From: Hyphomicrobium sp.
GTDB taxonomy: Bacteria > Pseudomonadota > Alphaproteobacteria > Rhizobiales > Hyphomicrobiaceae
DNA length: 64,000 nt
Assembly: GCA_002928735.1 (NCBI GenBank)
Contig: PERL01000017.1
Coordinates: forward strand, 1,882-65,881
Direction: 5' to 3'
In this document: one piece after another, positions 62,202-64,000 of the stretch
Layout: every line of letters begins with the position of its first letter
Numbering within the stretch: position 1 is the first letter of the stretch
The notes under the pieces: model-generated
Database searches by the model: none
Told to the model about the DNA's origin: nothing
Seen by the model: only the letters and a program-made list of their open reading frames with translations
Program-made: the position numbers and the translations under genes

Positions 62202-62232
62202 AAAACCCCGGCAGCGCTGGGCACTGCCGGGG
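62201..62232 (+). terminator. 22-nt repeat, right copy, completing a hairpin CCCCGGCAG-cgctgggca-CTGCCGGGG (terminator-like, weak T tract)
   Basis: 9-bp GC stem right after the stop at 62199-62201, at a convergent gene junction. Confidence 0.5.
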
Positions 62233-62246
62233 TCGATGGTTGGCCG

Positions 62247-62264
62247 ATATCGGAATTCCGATAT
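62247..62264. repeat. Perfect 18-nt palindrome ATATCGGAATTCCGATAT
   Basis: Self-complementary over all 18 nt, in the convergent intergenic region. Confidence 0.8.
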
Positions 62265-62316
62265 TGAGCCGAAACGGGAATCCCCGCTTCGGCTTGAAAC
62301 CTAGGAAAATCCTAGG

Positions 62317-63444
62317 TTACGCCGCCCCGCGCAGGCTGATCACGATGCGCTTGCCTTCGCGGCGGAGGTCGAGGAGGTGGCGGACTTCCTCGACGCGCTT
62401 GGAGGCTTCGCCTTCCGTGACACCCATCAGCGTCGCGAGTTGCTGGTTGCTGGCCACCGTCCCGCCGGCGGATTGAAGCGCTGACACGACGGGATGCGGG
62501 AACGCCAGGACGTTTGAGGCCGGGGCGGGTTTCAGCTTTGCCTTGCGGGTCTTGCCGCCACCGGTCGGCGGTGTCGGGGCCGGCGCGTCCCACTTCTCGA
62601 TGACAAGCGAGGCCTGAGCCGTGTCGTTTTTTGTTGGCGCACCCGCCGCAACCGTGTTGCGTCGGGCGGGTGCGCTGAGGACGTACATCCCGAAGCACGC
62701 CGCCAGCTCGATCGCGAAGCCGACGATGGCGATCAGGATCCACGCGGCGGTCGATACGCTCACCCCCGCCGCGTTGGCCACCGCTTCGGCCTGGGGATCA
62801 GCCGACGACGGGCGCGGGCCCAACGTCTCGATCCGGGCCGCTGCCTTGTCGCGGGCGGCTTCGAGTTCGCGCTTGCGGATGGCCGAGGCCATTTCCTGGC
62901 GCAGGTTGAGGATCGGCTTGCACGCGGTGAAGCTCTCCTCCTTCGTGATGTCGGTGCAGTCGTTCGTGCGGCGGAATACCGTGCGCGAGACCGGGGCGGC
63001 ATCCATGTCGGCGCGGATGGCGTCGGGCGTGCGCACCGTGCCGAGGCGGGCGATCTCGTCGACGGCGGCTTTGTGGGCGGCCGTGGCGCGGTCGTGGTCG
63101 GAAATCGTGTTCGCCGGGCCGGAAACGAGGGCATCGCGCAGTTTCAGCAGCACGCCGTCGACCGCGATCATGGAGGCAACGAACAGCACGAGGAACAGCG
63201 GCACGGCGATCAGGCGTCGCATGACGCCCGGTCCATCGATGACGGTGCCGAGCGCGTTGGATTTGATGTAGTCGGCCGCGCCCGCGATGAGCCCCAAGCC
63301 GACGGCGGCCAAGGGATGCACGGTGAGGCCGAGCATGGCGTAGTAAGATGCCGAGAGACCGGCGGACCCGACGCGGACGGTTTCAACAGCCGCGCGCGCG
63401 GGCAGGGGTGGCGCATGAGCGCTGGGGGTGGTAGCGGTGAACAT
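62317..63444 (-). CDS. Membrane protein with a C-terminal wHTH-like segment, unknown function
   Basis: 375-aa ORF with several TM helices, a central coiled-coil-like region and a C-terminal ..NQQLATLMGVTEGEASKRVEEVRHLLDL... Confidence 0.6.
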   Translation of the reverse strand: MFTATTPSAHAPPLPARAAVETVRVGSAGLSASYYAMLGLTVHPLAAVGLGLIAGAADYIKSNALGTVIDGPGVMRRLIAVPLFLVLFVASMIAVDGVLLKLRDALVSGPANTISDHDRATAAHKAAVDEIARLGTVRTPDAIRADMDAAPVSRTVFRRTNDCTDITKEESFTACKPILNLRQEMASAIRKRELEAARDKAAARIETLGPRPSSADPQAEAVANAAGVSVSTAAWILIAIVGFAIELAACFGMYVLSAPARRNTVAAGAPTKNDTAQASLVIEKWDAPAPTPPTGGGKTRKAKLKPAPASNVLAFPHPVVSALQSAGGTVASNQQLATLMGVTEGEASKRVEEVRHLLDLRREGKRIVISLRGAA

Positions 63445-63553
63445 AGTCGAGGCTCCTAGCCGTAATAGGGGTTTCGATCAGGCCTCGGCCGGTGTTGACG
63501 CACCGAACCGGGGCCGCTTTGTATCAGGCGCTGGGCGTCCGATGATCAGAATG

Positions 63554-63625
63554 TATAACAGAGTTATATGGCTGTCAATCGCTGCAATAAACTCAGTTGC
63601 ACTTTTTGCTGACTTGGCATATAAC
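63554..63625 (+). promoter_or_regulatory. Second switch-like region: palindrome TATAAC-aga-GTTATA plus a sigma70-like promoter giving a leaderless mRNA
   Basis: Palindrome at 63554-63568. TTGCAC (63597-63602), a 17-nt spacer and TATAAC (63620-63625). The ATG at 63633 lies about where transcription would start. Confidence 0.45.
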
Positions 63626-63632
63626 TCGCGCT

Positions 63633-63842
63633 ATGACAGGCAAACAAGCATTCGCTCTCGTACAGCAAACCGGACGGTCTCAAGCTGAGATCGCGCGGCT
63701 TTTAGGCGTCTCACCGATGGCGGTTCAGAAGTGGCGCAATGGTCATCCACCATCTGAGCCGGTTGCCACGCTGCTCGCGCTTTTTCGTGAGCGGCCGGAA
63801 GTGATGGATGTGGTCGCAAGGATGAAAGGACTGACGTCATGA
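63633..63842 (+). CDS. Small XRE/Cro-type HTH regulator
   Basis: MTGKQAFALVQQTGRSQAEIARLLGVSPMAVQKWRNGHPPS... The start is at ATG 63633. Confidence 0.65.
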   Translation: MTGKQAFALVQQTGRSQAEIARLLGVSPMAVQKWRNGHPPSEPVATLLALFRERPEVMDVVARMKGLTS

Positions 63843-64000
63843 ACGCCGCGAACGATGATTTTGAGGGGCCGCTTCCGGTGCGGGATGTGCGGGCCGAGGC
63901 TCGGACGATGCTCAAACGTGGGCGGGCGATACTGTCAAAAGCAGGCGACACCCTCGGCGAATTGGCTGTGCCGATCGCGTTCGCGATCATGCTTGCCGCT
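63839..64000 (+). CDS. Hypothetical protein, 5' part only (runs out of the window)
   Basis: ATG 63839 overlaps the preceding stop (ATGA). The frame is open to base 64000. Confidence 0.4.
   Translation, partial: MNAANDDFEGPLPVRDVRAEARTMLKRGRAILSKAGDTLGELAVPIAFAIMLAA

Larger units (their letters stand above)
39739..64000. mobile_element. Integrated temperate-phage-like element (prophage early, lysogeny and replication regions); the right end lies outside the window
   Basis: tRNA-fragment att, tyrosine integrase 13 nt away, excisionase-like gene, CI/Cro switch, wHTH initiator with iterons, and methyltransferase, VRR-NUC-like, SNF2, GapR-like and ASCH genes. Operons are tightly overlapping. No capsid, tail or lysis genes appear within the window. 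Confidence 0.85.

Overview
About 64 kb of a high-GC (roughly mid-60s % G+C by eye) alphaproteobacterial chromosome. Gene content and order look Hyphomicrobiales/Rhizobiales-like, and a formaldehyde-activating-enzyme homologue hints at a methylotroph. Bases 1-39.7 kb are core chromosome: the metH 3' end, cysE, hisI, yidD, thrS, a queuosine cluster (queF-queD-queE, yhhQ-like transporter, queC), eno, ftsB, a PLP ornithine-type decarboxylase, rfbA and copA. This part also holds envelope, redox and signalling genes: a BTLCP-PilZ-PAS_5 trio, CcdA-thioredoxin-DCC, rhomboid, patatin and USP. Small accessory features interrupt it. These are a ~50% GC islet after thrS (HEPN-motif orphan gene plus GIY-YIG nuclease framed by REP-like palindromes), two paralogous membrane proteins wedged into the queuosine cluster, and an intact but catalytically eroded PdhA-like ORF. 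From 39,739 to the window end (over 24 kb) lies an integrated temperate-phage-like element next to a 45-nt tRNA-Val(CAC)-like 3' fragment. It carries an integrase and excisionase-like gene. A tightly coupled leftward operon holds a ParB-like nuclease and a GT-A-like transferase. A CI/Cro-type switch and a wHTH replication initiator with embedded iterons follow. Next come an N6-adenine methyltransferase, a PD-(D/E)xK nuclease, an SNF2 helicase, a GapR-like protein, an ASCH protein and a low-GC moron block (DGQHR/ParB-fold gene, orphan HigA). No structural or lysis genes are seen, so the element probably continues past 64,000. I found no single clear-cut novel multi-gene system. The items most worth follow-up are the HEPN/GIY-YIG islet and several conserved structured nucleotide repeats inside the prophage: a nut/put-like pair, a four-copy intragenic hairpin module with compensatory changes, and an origin-like iteron cluster. 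The DGQHR moron and the queuosine-cluster paralogues are also worth follow-up. No rRNA, intact tRNA or CRISPR array was seen. Many long ORFs in the track are antisense or shadow ORFs typical of high-GC DNA. All family assignments rest on motif recognition by eye, with no database search run.
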